This document shows, one piece after another, positions 19,285 through 30,200 of a stretch of DNA of 36,849 bases (its first letter is position 1; each line of letters opens with the position of its first letter). The translations under genes were made by a program, and so were the position numbers. Under the pieces are notes generated by a model. It was not told the DNA's origin. It saw nothing but the letters and a program-made list of their open reading frames with translations, and did no database searches. The DNA comes from Trichomonas gallinae. Its lineage: Eukaryota. The DNA lies in NCBI GenBank assembly GCA_008369845.1, contig MRSU01011590.1, positions 1 to 36,849 of the forward strand, written 5' to 3'.

Positions 19285-19525
19285 TTCTTTTGTTTATTAT
19301 TCATCGATTTCTAAAAGTTAATTTTTGTATTATTTTCCATTTACATTTCCCCCTTCATAAAAAAATTTACGCCCAATATTTTTAGTTAAAACATATAAAA
19401 TAAGTATCTACAATATACATATTTATTAATGGAAATATTTATAATCTATTTTTTCTTTACAATTCTGAGAAAAATTAAGAATAAGTTGGGTATTAATAAA
19501 AATGTGCCATTTTTTTAATAAAATA

Positions 19526-21739
19526 ATGACACATGCTGATTATCTCAGCAATGTTGATAGTATATTTAGGGCATTCAAGAAACAGATCAGGTATTTCGAC
19601 CAAATCGAAATAATTAACTCTAGAGGCGAAATTGAAAATAAGCATATTGTTGTTCATACGGCAGGAGTCTTTATTTTGGAGACCAAAACCATTATCAGAT
19701 CATTTTATATCTCGAAAATCATGCCTTTATTCGATTTACAGTATATTCACGTATCTTCAACTAATTTCACAATAAAATCCGAAAAAGAATCATTTACGAT
19801 ACAAAATAAGAATCACATTAAGATAGCAGCCGAAATTTACTCATTAAGACAGATCTTATACCCAACAATTACTTCGAATTGCGTCATTCAGATAGAACCA
19901 GATATAGAAGAACAGTTCGAAGAAGTTGAAATCGATTACGAACCAGAGAACTTTGCATCCGAAAGATTTTTAGGCATGGTTTACACTTCAAAAATATCTT
20001 TTTCCGAAAATTATGCTGTTCAAACATATAAATTACTATCAGAGAAGTCAGATACATTTGTTATTAACAACAATTTACTGTCAAATCCGTATTTATATGA
20101 AATAATTATTACAATCACTTTAGATCAAAGCATGAGAACGATTGTATTCGATATCTTAGAGCTCAGCGAGTTTTATGAGTGTTTCTTGCTTCTTTCTCGC
20201 AAAGGAAAGAACATTCAGTGCTTAATTTTTAAAAATATGATGATTAAGTCTAAAATCAACGAATTTAATCATGTCTTCGAAGGATCATCGCTAAATAATG
20301 TCACAGAGATCACATTCGATAAATGCACGTTTTATCATCAAGAAATCGGAACATTTTTCGAAGCATTTACAAAATTAAAGAGTTCTGTAAGAGTTTTGCA
20401 ATTTACTGCTTCTCTTATAACGACACAGGCCCTTGATTCGATTTTCCAGATGCTTTTCTTCTCTCCTTGTTTCCATTCTTTAGAAACCTTAGTAATTAGA
20501 GATTTAACAATGCACGAGAACGTTGCGACACAGATTTTGCAACTGCTTACTTGTGGATGGGTGCTCGAAAAGAGATGCCTTAAGTATTTGGATTTCAGCA
20601 ACTCCAGTTTGAATGTCGGAAAATTATTAACTGCAATTAAAGATGTTGACTGTGGATTGCTTGAAATAAACGTCAGCTTCAATACATTCACCAATTTATC
20701 AGGAGATTTCTCATTTTCAAGCTTAACAAATCTAATTTTAAATCATTGCACATTTGTCAACGATGCATTGTTTGAATTATTTAATTGCCTGGCTGCTGGA
20801 AATCACCAGGATTTCTTGACACTAGATTTATCAGATATTCTCTGCACGCCAGAAAGTTTTCAGTCATTTTATTCAAAATCGTCAGATTTAGTTATAGAAA
20901 AGCTGGGAACATTGGTATGGGATGGAAATCAAGTTACTGGTCGTAGTATTGAACCATTCATGACATTTCTCAAGAATCAGCCAAATTTAACAAATTTAAG
21001 TTTAAACAGATGTTTCATCAAAAACGACCACTCAACGACACTGCCCCTCCTAGTAGATCTTCTGCGCAAAAAGAGTTTTATGCAGTTTTGCCTGGCCGCT
21101 TCAGGACAAAATGGTTTTGGTCCGCAGCTTTCAAACGCATTAGATTCGTTGATTTCTTGCTCGAAAGACTTGAGACTGCTGGATATAACAAACCAGAATG
21201 TAGGGGATGCTGGACTCTTTTTAGTTCTGAGGCAGATGAATCCTGGACTGCAAGAAATCTATTTCGAAGGGTACCAGCCTTCTTCCGTCGATTCCCTTTC
21301 GACTGTAATGCTCAAAATCATGTCCAAAAAGCAGCTGAAGAAAGTTTCTTGGCCTGCAACGGACGCCACACAGCTCATAGCCAAGACTAGTATTGAGCGA
21401 CGCAATGACACGAAAAATAGAGTCAAATCACTGCACGATGAGTTCAAGAGATATTTTAATGATGACGTTAAATACGAAAACACTCGACTCAAAATGGACG
21501 TGGCAGTCAGATCTCTTTCTTCGAGAGTCCTGAAAGCGAAGCCTACTTCACTCGACAAAGAATGCATGAAGGCGATACTAATAGAAGAGCAGGAATACGC
21601 GATTATTGATGAGGAGTCAAGTCACCTTTTGGAAGAAATGAGCAGCCTTGTCGGAACTAGGCCGATTATATCTGCGATCAATGAGATCCACTGCAAGACA
21701 TCAATCAAGTCGCTTCTCAATGATTTAGGCCTGAGTTGA
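19526..21739 (+). CDS. CARMIL-like PH + leucine-rich repeat protein
   Basis: N-terminal PH-like segment (KHIVVHTAGVFIL) followed by RI-like LRRs (LKYLDFSNSSL, LTNLILNHC, LTNLSLNRC, LRLLDITNQNVGDAGL). Start at 19526 or 19502. Confidence 0.7.
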   Translation: MTHADYLSNVDSIFRAFKKQIRYFDQIEIINSRGEIENKHIVVHTAGVFILETKTIIRSFYISKIMPLFDLQYIHVSSTNFTIKSEKESFTIQNKNHIKIAAEIYSLRQILYPTITSNCVIQIEPDIEEQFEEVEIDYEPENFASERFLGMVYTSKISFSENYAVQTYKLLSEKSDTFVINNNLLSNPYLYEIIITITLDQSMRTIVFDILELSEFYECFLLLSRKGKNIQCLIFKNMMIKSKINEFNHVFEGSSLNNVTEITFDKCTFYHQEIGTFFEAFTKLKSSVRVLQFTASLITTQALDSIFQMLFFSPCFHSLETLVIRDLTMHENVATQILQLLTCGWVLEKRCLKYLDFSNSSLNVGKLLTAIKDVDCGLLEINVSFNTFTNLSGDFSFSSLTNLILNHCTFVNDALFELFNCLAAGNHQDFLTLDLSDILCTPESFQSFYSKSSDLVIEKLGTLVWDGNQVTGRSIEPFMTFLKNQPNLTNLSLNRCFIKNDHSTTLPLLVDLLRKKSFMQFCLAASGQNGFGPQLSNALDSLISCSKDLRLLDITNQNVGDAGLFLVLRQMNPGLQEIYFEGYQPSSVDSLSTVMLKIMSKKQLKKVSWPATDATQLIAKTSIERRNDTKNRVKSLHDEFKRYFNDDVKYENTRLKMDVAVRSLSSRVLKAKPTSLDKECMKAILIEEQEYAIIDEESSHLLEEMSSLVGTRPIISAINEIHCKTSIKSLLNDLGLS

Positions 21740-21799
21740 TTTATATTTGATTACTAGAAGTTCCAGAAAAATGGTGAAGCATATAAGCTGACCATGCGC

Positions 21800-21978
21800 G
21801 TGCAAAATACAGGAGATGGCTGCTGACAGGTGGCTGAAACAACACTTTTGCCATGCAGGTTGCTCAGCAGATAGATAAATCAAAGGAAAACGCAGCGCAT
21901 CAGAAGATGAAAATGAAAAGAGAAAACTTGAAAAAAGTAGAAAAAGAAAACGCGGAGAAGAGGCAGGATGAAATGTAA
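21800..21978 (+). pseudogene. Possible gene remnant or 41-aa coiled-coil micro-ORF (21853-21978)
   Basis: Coding-like composition inside an AT-rich spacer; ORF MQVAQQIDKSKENAAHQKMKMKRENLKKVEKENAEKRQDEM preceded by short overlapping ORFs in other frames. Confidence 0.3.
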
Positions 21979-22639
21979 AAGAAGAAAGTGATTAACGATG
22001 TTATAATGAAAATTAACACATTTTCTCGTTTTGGTATAATTTTGTTTGTAAATTTACAAAATTTTGCTAATTTATGTTATGAATGCCGACCACCATGTAT
22101 ATTTCGTAAGATAACGATGTGCATAGCAAGCTATCAAGCGAAATGACAATTAATCAATTAAGCTTATTTCGCATTTTTTACGCCGAAAATTTCTTTATAG
22201 CCAGTTTTCCTGCTGTATATGTTATGTACGAATAAGTATCAATTATTTTGTCATGTAAACAAAAAATTGACAAAATCTTTAATCAACCATTAATCAGCAT
22301 TACGTTTAATATCAAAAATTAGATCACAAAATGTACAAAAAGTAAATTAATTTTGATAAAACGCATTGAATTCAAATAATTCCGCTTTTTATTTATGAAT
22401 TATTTCATTCTGTAGTTTGTAGGTATTAATTTTTTCTCTTTTCAGGGTTTCGATTAATTTGGCTTATTTCTCATTATCATGCTTTATAAGGCAATTTGTA
22501 AGATCCATCGTTAAATTCACATTCACAAAAATTGAATAAATTCATTGAATTATTTGAAAACATTCAATTATTTCTGGTTCATAATGATATAACATTATTA
22601 AATCTTGAATTTAAAAAATTCACAAAAAAAAAATCAAAA

Positions 22640-23857
22640 ATGGATTTTGCTCCTCCTTTAGTCAGGTCAGGAGCGAATGTCTTGGGAAAATACCGGATTA
22701 TTGACGAGATCGGGCATGGCTCGTTCGGGAAAATATTCACCGCGGAGGACAAAACGACGCACGAGTTCGTTGCATTAAAAGTTGAGCAAATTAATGCAAA
22801 ATATCCACAATTAGAATTCGAATACAAGACGTACATGAGGTTTGCCAATACAACAAACATCCCGAGTGTTTATAACTTCGGGTCAGATTCATCTTATCGA
22901 TATTTGTCAATGGAATTACTTGGTAAATCGTTAGAGTACTGGTATGAGAAGAGGAAGCAGCCATTCACACTGAAGACTGTTTTAATGCTCGCCGATCAGA
23001 TGCTCGCTTCTATTGAGTATATTCATCAAAAAGGACTTATTCACCGTGATATTAAGCCAGACAACTTCGTCATGGGCATGGGAAACAAAGCAAATACAAT
23101 ACACATGATAGATTTTGGATTATCGAAATTATATAAAGATGTCGATACAGGACGCCACAAACGAATGAGAGAGGGTCTTTCTTTGATAGGAACAGCCAGG
23201 TATGCTTCAATCAATGCATTGCGTGGAATTGAGCAAAGTAGAAGAGATGATATGGAATCTTTAGGATATGTTTTGATTTATCTTCTTAAAGGTTCGCTTC
23301 CATGGCAAGGACTACCAGCAGAAACAATTGAGCAGAAAAATGCTAAAATTCTCGAAGTGAAAATTCGAACTCCGTTAGAAGTCCTCTGCAATGGTCTTCC
23401 AGCAGAGTTTATACAGTATCTTAACGAAGTAAGAAGCTTAGATTACGAAGATGAACCGAATTACAAAGGTTATCGTATGATGTTCAGAAATCTTTTCATG
23501 CGCAATGAATTTGTATATGATTATGTATATGATTGGTCGAATACTGTTGTTACTCCGCCATCTGCACCACGAAAACCATCAACAGTTCCAAATTCACCAA
23601 GATATCCTCACCAAAAAGTTTACCATCATTTACCAACCCTTTCACATAATATAGAACATGCGAACAGGGAAAATAATAACTTTCAAAGCCCACCGCCAAG
23701 GATTGCAGAAAAATTTTGTTCGCCATCGCCGAGGTATCGTCCAACGACGACGCCGAAGGTTCCAAAAGCCAAAACACCCCGTAATTATCTCATGCGTCGT
23801 AATGCTTATGGCGTTTTGGTTGATCCGATTCATCATTTGATTCAGCAGAGTCCGTGA
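22640..23857 (+). CDS. Casein kinase 1 family protein kinase with Pro/Ser-rich tail
   Basis: IGHGSFG, VALKVE, YPQLEFE, MELLGKSLE, LKTVLMLADQM, IHRDIKPDNF, IDFGL, GTARYASINA, EQSRRDDMES and LPWQG. Start MDFAPP at 22640. Confidence 0.95.
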   Translation: MDFAPPLVRSGANVLGKYRIIDEIGHGSFGKIFTAEDKTTHEFVALKVEQINAKYPQLEFEYKTYMRFANTTNIPSVYNFGSDSSYRYLSMELLGKSLEYWYEKRKQPFTLKTVLMLADQMLASIEYIHQKGLIHRDIKPDNFVMGMGNKANTIHMIDFGLSKLYKDVDTGRHKRMREGLSLIGTARYASINALRGIEQSRRDDMESLGYVLIYLLKGSLPWQGLPAETIEQKNAKILEVKIRTPLEVLCNGLPAEFIQYLNEVRSLDYEDEPNYKGYRMMFRNLFMRNEFVYDYVYDWSNTVVTPPSAPRKPSTVPNSPRYPHQKVYHHLPTLSHNIEHANRENNNFQSPPPRIAEKFCSPSPRYRPTTTPKVPKAKTPRNYLMRRNAYGVLVDPIHHLIQQSP

Positions 23858-24293
23858 GGGCTCCGCATGAATTTTGTAAGACTGTGTTTTTTTATGTTTT
23901 TGAATTAAATATAATATGTATGTTTTTGATGTTATTAAATTTATATTAATTTTTCTTTTTTATTATCAATGCAAGTAATTTAACTAAATATATCAAAACT
24001 AGTTTTAGGTGATGCTAATCATGGTTTAAATAAATATATTTGATTTGAATTTTAATCATAGCTCAAATTAACAAAATAATCTTATCAACTAACTGTACAA
24101 CACTATATCTACCCATATGACATGAAATAATTAATAGAATAAGAAAATATCATTGATTATAAATTTCATGGCTGCAGAATCTGTTTTGATCACTGCAGAT
24201 GAAACACAAAATGATAATATAATTAAAACAATAATTTATTTAAAACATAAAAACAATTTAAAATAACATATAAAAAATAGTGAAAAAAAAAAA

Positions 24294-27200
24294 TTAGTAT
24301 GGTGTCGTCAATAACAGTGCAGTTCCACGTAGAGTCCATTTGTTGGGGTTCTCATTTGATGGAATGTTCAATGCGACAACAAAGTTCGTTGAGTGGCCAG
24401 TAGTTGACAAAACACCAGCTCTTTCTGGTGTCCTGTAGACAGGGCACCAGTATTCATCTTCTGGCGGTTCGAAATCGCAGCAAGGAATGATGTGAACTGC
24501 AGGGAAATCGTTGTAGACAACATCAGTGTCGTTATCAGCGAGCGCGAACCTGTTAACATCCCAGCGTCCGCCATCGATGTAAAGGCCAGTGATATATGCG
24601 CCATCTTCTGGCGACTTGATTATCTTGTCAGGTGACTCTCTTAGAACTTCAGCCTTGAATGAAAGTCTGTCGATTGGGAGTTTGTGCTTTCTCGAGTGCT
24701 GCTGCAAAACAGCTGTCAAGAAACTCTGCGGGAAGAAGAATCCTGGGAACCAGAAGCACGTTGGTTCGCCTCTCCTTATCCAGTCTCTGATGAAGTCGAC
24801 TCTCTGAAGAAGATCTTTGAACCAGCTCGAAAGCGGCTTCATCGATGGATAGCTGTGGCGAGACCAAGCGTCTGGAACTCTCTGCGAGATCAATGACCTG
24901 TATACATCTTGAGCATCAACACTCATGACAACTTGGCCGCGAACAGCGAGAACACAGTCTTTGAGAGTCGAGTGGATAACTTTGATGAGCTTGTTGTATC
25001 TTTCAACTTCTTGGTACAAAACAACAATCATTGAGTTAGGAGGCTCGTCTGGATTGTGCTCGGCGCCTTCTTCTCCGACAATTGATGGGCTGGCACCTTT
25101 GAACGTGATTTCTGCAATCAAACTTGTGTCGAGTTGTTCGGCGAGATTAATAACAGCTTCGTCATCTTTAGATGCTGATTCACCGCATGAATCTCTTGGC
25201 TGGACGTTCAATACCCATGTGAGCATCTGCTCTGAGAGGCGGAGGTTCAATGCGTTAAGAGATGTTGGATGGAGACCAAAGATTGATGGAGAGTCGTCGT
25301 TTGGAAGATTTGAAACGTGCTCGAAAATTCCAGCAAAGTCGCAAAGAGGAATTGAAGAGTAAAGATTTTCAGCATCATAGAAGAAGTTGTCTTCTAGTGA
25401 GTTGTTGTCGAGGAATTTGTCAAGGATTGCATTCATGCATCTTCTATCCCAGTCATCAGTGACTCTTCCTCCATAGACAACTTCGCCGATCATCGTTCTA
25501 AGAGCTTGCCATGGAACTGCATCGTGCTGAGTGAGGAACTGAAGGAGGAACTTCGTTGCGATGCTGAAATCGCTCGTGTTCCACTCGTATATCTTGTTGA
25601 AGCCGAGAGATCCGTACCTCTTTCTTTCTTGAATTGTTGCGTGGAAAATCGCGATTGAATAGACGAGTTTCTTCCATGGGCGACTCTTCGGGCATCCTTC
25701 CCACTTCTCCGCGCTGAGTGTGTTCATCAAAAGGCCAATGTTTGGCTTGATGTCACTTGGCGGCTCTGATGTGACTTTGACTGAGTTTCTCAGGATTGAA
25801 ATCGGGAACACATCAGTTGGCATTGAAGAAAGGAAGAGTCTGAACTCGCCGTGGTAAGTGTTGGCTGTTGCAGACATCTTCTGGACGATGTGCTCAAGCT
25901 TAGGAAGGAAGGATGGGCAGAGATGACAGTTCTGCAAGAAGACCCAGTCTCCGTCTCTCTTCGATTCTTTGACTAACTTCGAAGCAGTTGGGCCTCTTCC
26001 CTGACCGAGAGAAAGAATGTGGAGCTTGCTCAAGACACCGTGGTCTTCGGCAAGTCTCTCGAGGCTCTCACGAGGATCAGCACCTTGTGAAAGGATGAAT
26101 AGAAGAGGAGTATCGTTAGAAGTATCAGCGAACGCTTCGTTGAGATCGACGCGGCTTGATTCGATGAATTTCTGGCCGAGGACTTCGCAAACGAACTGTC
26201 TTGATATAGTAACAACTTTCCTTCTCGCGATGCACGTCGCGCAAATCAAGCGCATGAATGTCGACATCTTGTCGAATGGTGCAGGAAGTGTGAACATTGG
26301 ACCGAAAATGAAAGGCTGGAACTCTTCGTAATTCGAGCAGAGAAGTGATGGCAAATCTCTGAATTCAGGAACAGCAGCTGAAAGCGCGCAAGCCTTTGCC
26401 CAAATACGTGGCTCGATTTTATCGCTTGGTTCGCCGAATTTTTCGAGATCGACTTCAGGTGGACCGCGAGTGAAAATCTTCCAAAGATTGTCTGGAATAA
26501 TTCCTGTGCTGCGGTGGAGCCATGATGCAATCAAGAAGGAGAATACCTGCCTGTGGTTGGAGAACAAGCCTCTTGAAACATTGGAGTAAACAGCAAATGT
26601 TGTTCTCTCGATAAATGCTCCGCATCTTTCTTCAATGTTTTCGTTTGGCTCTGTTGTATCTAAAACGGCGTTGAAGATTCTCTTGAAGAACTCCAATGAG
26701 TACTGATACATGGAGTCGATTCCAGGAAGTTCTAAGACGATGAAGTACAGAACAGAGCCTCTTGTAGCAACTGCTCTGAAGACTTCTCTCTTCTCAGCAA
26801 TTTCCTTTTCTGTCTTCTGTGACTCAATGAGTCTTTCGCCGACTTGTGTTGCAGTGGATTTAGCTTCATTGAGTGTCTTGATGAGCTGCTCGTTATCGAG
26901 AATGTTGCCACGCGAAGTGAACAGCAAATGAAGAATCTGAGCCATGAGCTGCGAAAGTTGCTTCTGATCTTTGGAAATTGCAACGATGAGGTCTGATCTT
27001 TGTTTCTCGAGCTCTGGCATTTCGTGTAGAACGACATCAGAAAGCAGCTGCTCTTCTAAGCCTTCAAGAGTGACAGAGAAGTTGATGACAGACAACTGGA
27101 TGAAAACGTCAGGAAGATACTGTGGATTGGAGAGTTTGGTTGTCAAGAAGAGTCTGAAAGCTGGATCATAGTCGATGTATTTGTCGCCAACCTTCAAAGT

Positions 27201-30200
27201 TTTCCTTCCGCTGGCTACTTTGAACTTAGGAAGCAGGATGAACTGTAGGCCAGGATCAAGGACTTCGCCAACGTCTTCAACGAGAATTGACGTGCCGAGT
27301 TTGATAGCGGAAATGATTTCTCTTGTGTAGTTAGGATCGTCACATCTCACTGTCTTCATGCCACCATTAGCGACAAGCCATGCTCTTCCTTGTCCTTGTG
27401 GATCGATAAGCAGTGGCCATCTGCGCGTGGAAGTAACCAATACACCGTTCTGTCTTGAAAGCTGATCATTTGGCAAACCATTGACCTGCCACTCTCTCAA
27501 TGTAATTGCGTCGACGGCAACAGATTCGAGAGCGAACTCTGCAGTGTGAACAACTCCGAGTTCATCGAATTTCTTTATCCAGTCTGAGATGACTGATTGT
27601 CTGAATGGCATGCTGAAAGGTCCGACATATGCAACGTGTAATGAGATGAGAATTGAATCACCGAGTAAGGATTTTTCTTGTGCTTTGAGTTCCTTCAAGT
27701 TCTCTGACCATCTGACTCTTTCGCTGTCGAGAGCTGTTGTGAGTGCTGAAGCATTCTTGAGTCTGTACTCGCATTGTTCGATCTTGATCTGAAGCTCTTT
27801 CTGCTCAGCGACAGAGTTGTCGTATTCTTGCTGAAGCTGGGCGAGTTTAGCCGAAATTTCTGCGAGTTCTTCCTGTTTCTTCTTGAGTGAAATTTCTGCT
27901 TCTTCTTGTTTAGCTTTGGCTTCATCGCGGCGCTTGATCTTTGGCTGGATCTTTGTGTTTTCTGTTACAAACTGTTCAATGGCTGTAACCCACTTGAACA
28001 AGCAAGCTGCTGATTGAGAAACACCCATAACTTTAGAAAGCTCGAATCTTGGATCAGCTGACATCTTCCTGATTCTATCCAGTGTCGAATCTGCGACTGG
28101 GTTGTTATGAATTTCAAGAAGTCTGTTGAAGAAGTCTGTCTGTGAGAGAAGTTGCTTAGCTGATGACCAATCAGGCGACTTTCCGCAAAGTAAACAAACA
28201 GCTTCCATAATTTCGATAACGAGTTGAGGAGGCTTGACGAATGTCTTAACAGCAGCCAAATCTGTCTTCTTGTTCTTAAGATCTTCGACAGCTGCTTTGG
28301 CGTTTTCGAGATAAGGAAGTGCTCTGTCGAGATCTGCTTGTGCTTCATCTGCAAGTTGTGTTGCTTCTTCTCTAACTTTCTTGACAACTTCCTCTTCTTT
28401 AGAAATCATGACATGTGTCTGGTTGACGTGTTCTCTGTCGACTTTGAGCTTCGCGAGGATCTTGGCTGTGTTCTCAGCCTTGACTTGAAGCTGTGGCCTG
28501 AGAGTTGTGAGTTGTCCTTCCATTTCTTGGACCTTTTCGTTCGTTTCCAAAAGCTTTTCAACGCCTTTTTCGAGTTGCTCTTTCTTCTGGTTTAAGTCGC
28601 CTTTGCGCTTAGAAAGTGTTGCATTGAACAATGCGAAGAACTCAACGTAAACAGCTGGTGTGACATAATAAACCCTGTTAAGAGAAGACTTGAACTGCGC
28701 AGCAGCTCTTGCGACAATTGAATGAGCGCTTGTTGCAAGATCTGCAATTTTCTCTTTGACGTCTCCGAATTCAGATAAGTCGATTTTGTCGATAAAGTCA
28801 GATGCGACTGTTCTGAGGGCTTTATCTGGCCATGGCTCATACCAATCGATTGTGCAGCATGAAACTAATGACGGGAAGATTCTGCATCTGTCTCTGAATG
28901 ATCCACCAATTGGGCTCAAAGCAAGTATAACGTGCAAATTGTTCATGATGTTTTGTGTGAATCTGCGGCAGAGTGAATCGTAGCCTAAACTCTCTCCAGC
29001 CTTCTTCATTTGTGGTACTAACTCATTAACCATTTGGTCGAATTCTTCGCTTTCAAACAAGCCAGGAACTTCGCCGCTGTTCAAAATGTTGTTAATATCT
29101 TCCAGGAATGACTCATCAACGATTTGCTCATCGGTCAACAAGAACATGATTGGCTTGTTTGCAACACCGGCTGTCTTGAATAAGCCTCTCAAGTCATTTC
29201 TAAACTCAGGGAGGCCGTATTCTTTGCCTGGCTGAGGTTCGAATATTTCAATTTCTGCGACGAAAGCTGCGAATCTTGCAGCAGTTCTCTTACCTGTACC
29301 ACCCATACCTACAAGAAGCATGTGGCCTACTGGCTGCCTCAAAACTCTGACGATTCTCAAGATGTGATCAATGCATTCCTTGAAGAGAACAATTTGAGAC
29401 TTGTAAATTTCGCTGAATGTCTGTAAAGCAGCTGTTGTTTTTGCGAGAGATGCTGATTCTTCGTAGACATGTTTGTTTGGATCACCATAGCCTTTGAGGA
29501 TGTCTGTGAAGCAAATTGGTGTGTCACCGAAGAAGTATGAAATATCTTCTTTGACTCTGAGTGTTGATTTAGAAATGTCGTACATTGTCTGCATCAATTT
29601 CTCGCGGTCGGCATCGTCGATGAGTCTGTCGCCGAAAACTCTCATGCACTCGTGGAACCATAATTTGATGAATGTGGGAACATCAGCCAATGATTTGTTG
29701 CTTGTCATGCAGATACCTTTGAAGACTCTGCTGACATCACGAAGGTTGAATGTGTAGTGGCTTCTCGATGGTGTTGGGAGAAGCTCTGCCTTGACTTTTC
29801 TGTAGAAAACAACAGAAGCTTTGACGATGCTTTCTGCGAGTCCGACAACTGGATCCATGAATCCATTTGCTAGGAATCTGTTGAGTGTCTCGCCGAAAAT
29901 CCTCGTGAGAACTCCATCGCTAGGAGAAGGAAGTCCTAAAACAGTGAATCTGGAAATGAATCTAGGTGTAACATGTCCTTGCGACAAACCTGCAGCGATG
30001 ATTGTTAAGTTGTCGATGTCATACCAGAATAACTCATCTCTGTTGTAAAGGCCTTTGCAGTTTATTACTTGGCGCAGAATTTCGATTGGTGGCTGTGACC
30101 AGTAAGTATCTGGTCTTGGAAGATTGAAGTCATCGATTAACAAAACAGCTGATTTACCTTCTGGTGGACCATATAATGTCTTTCTCTTCGACTGCATCTT

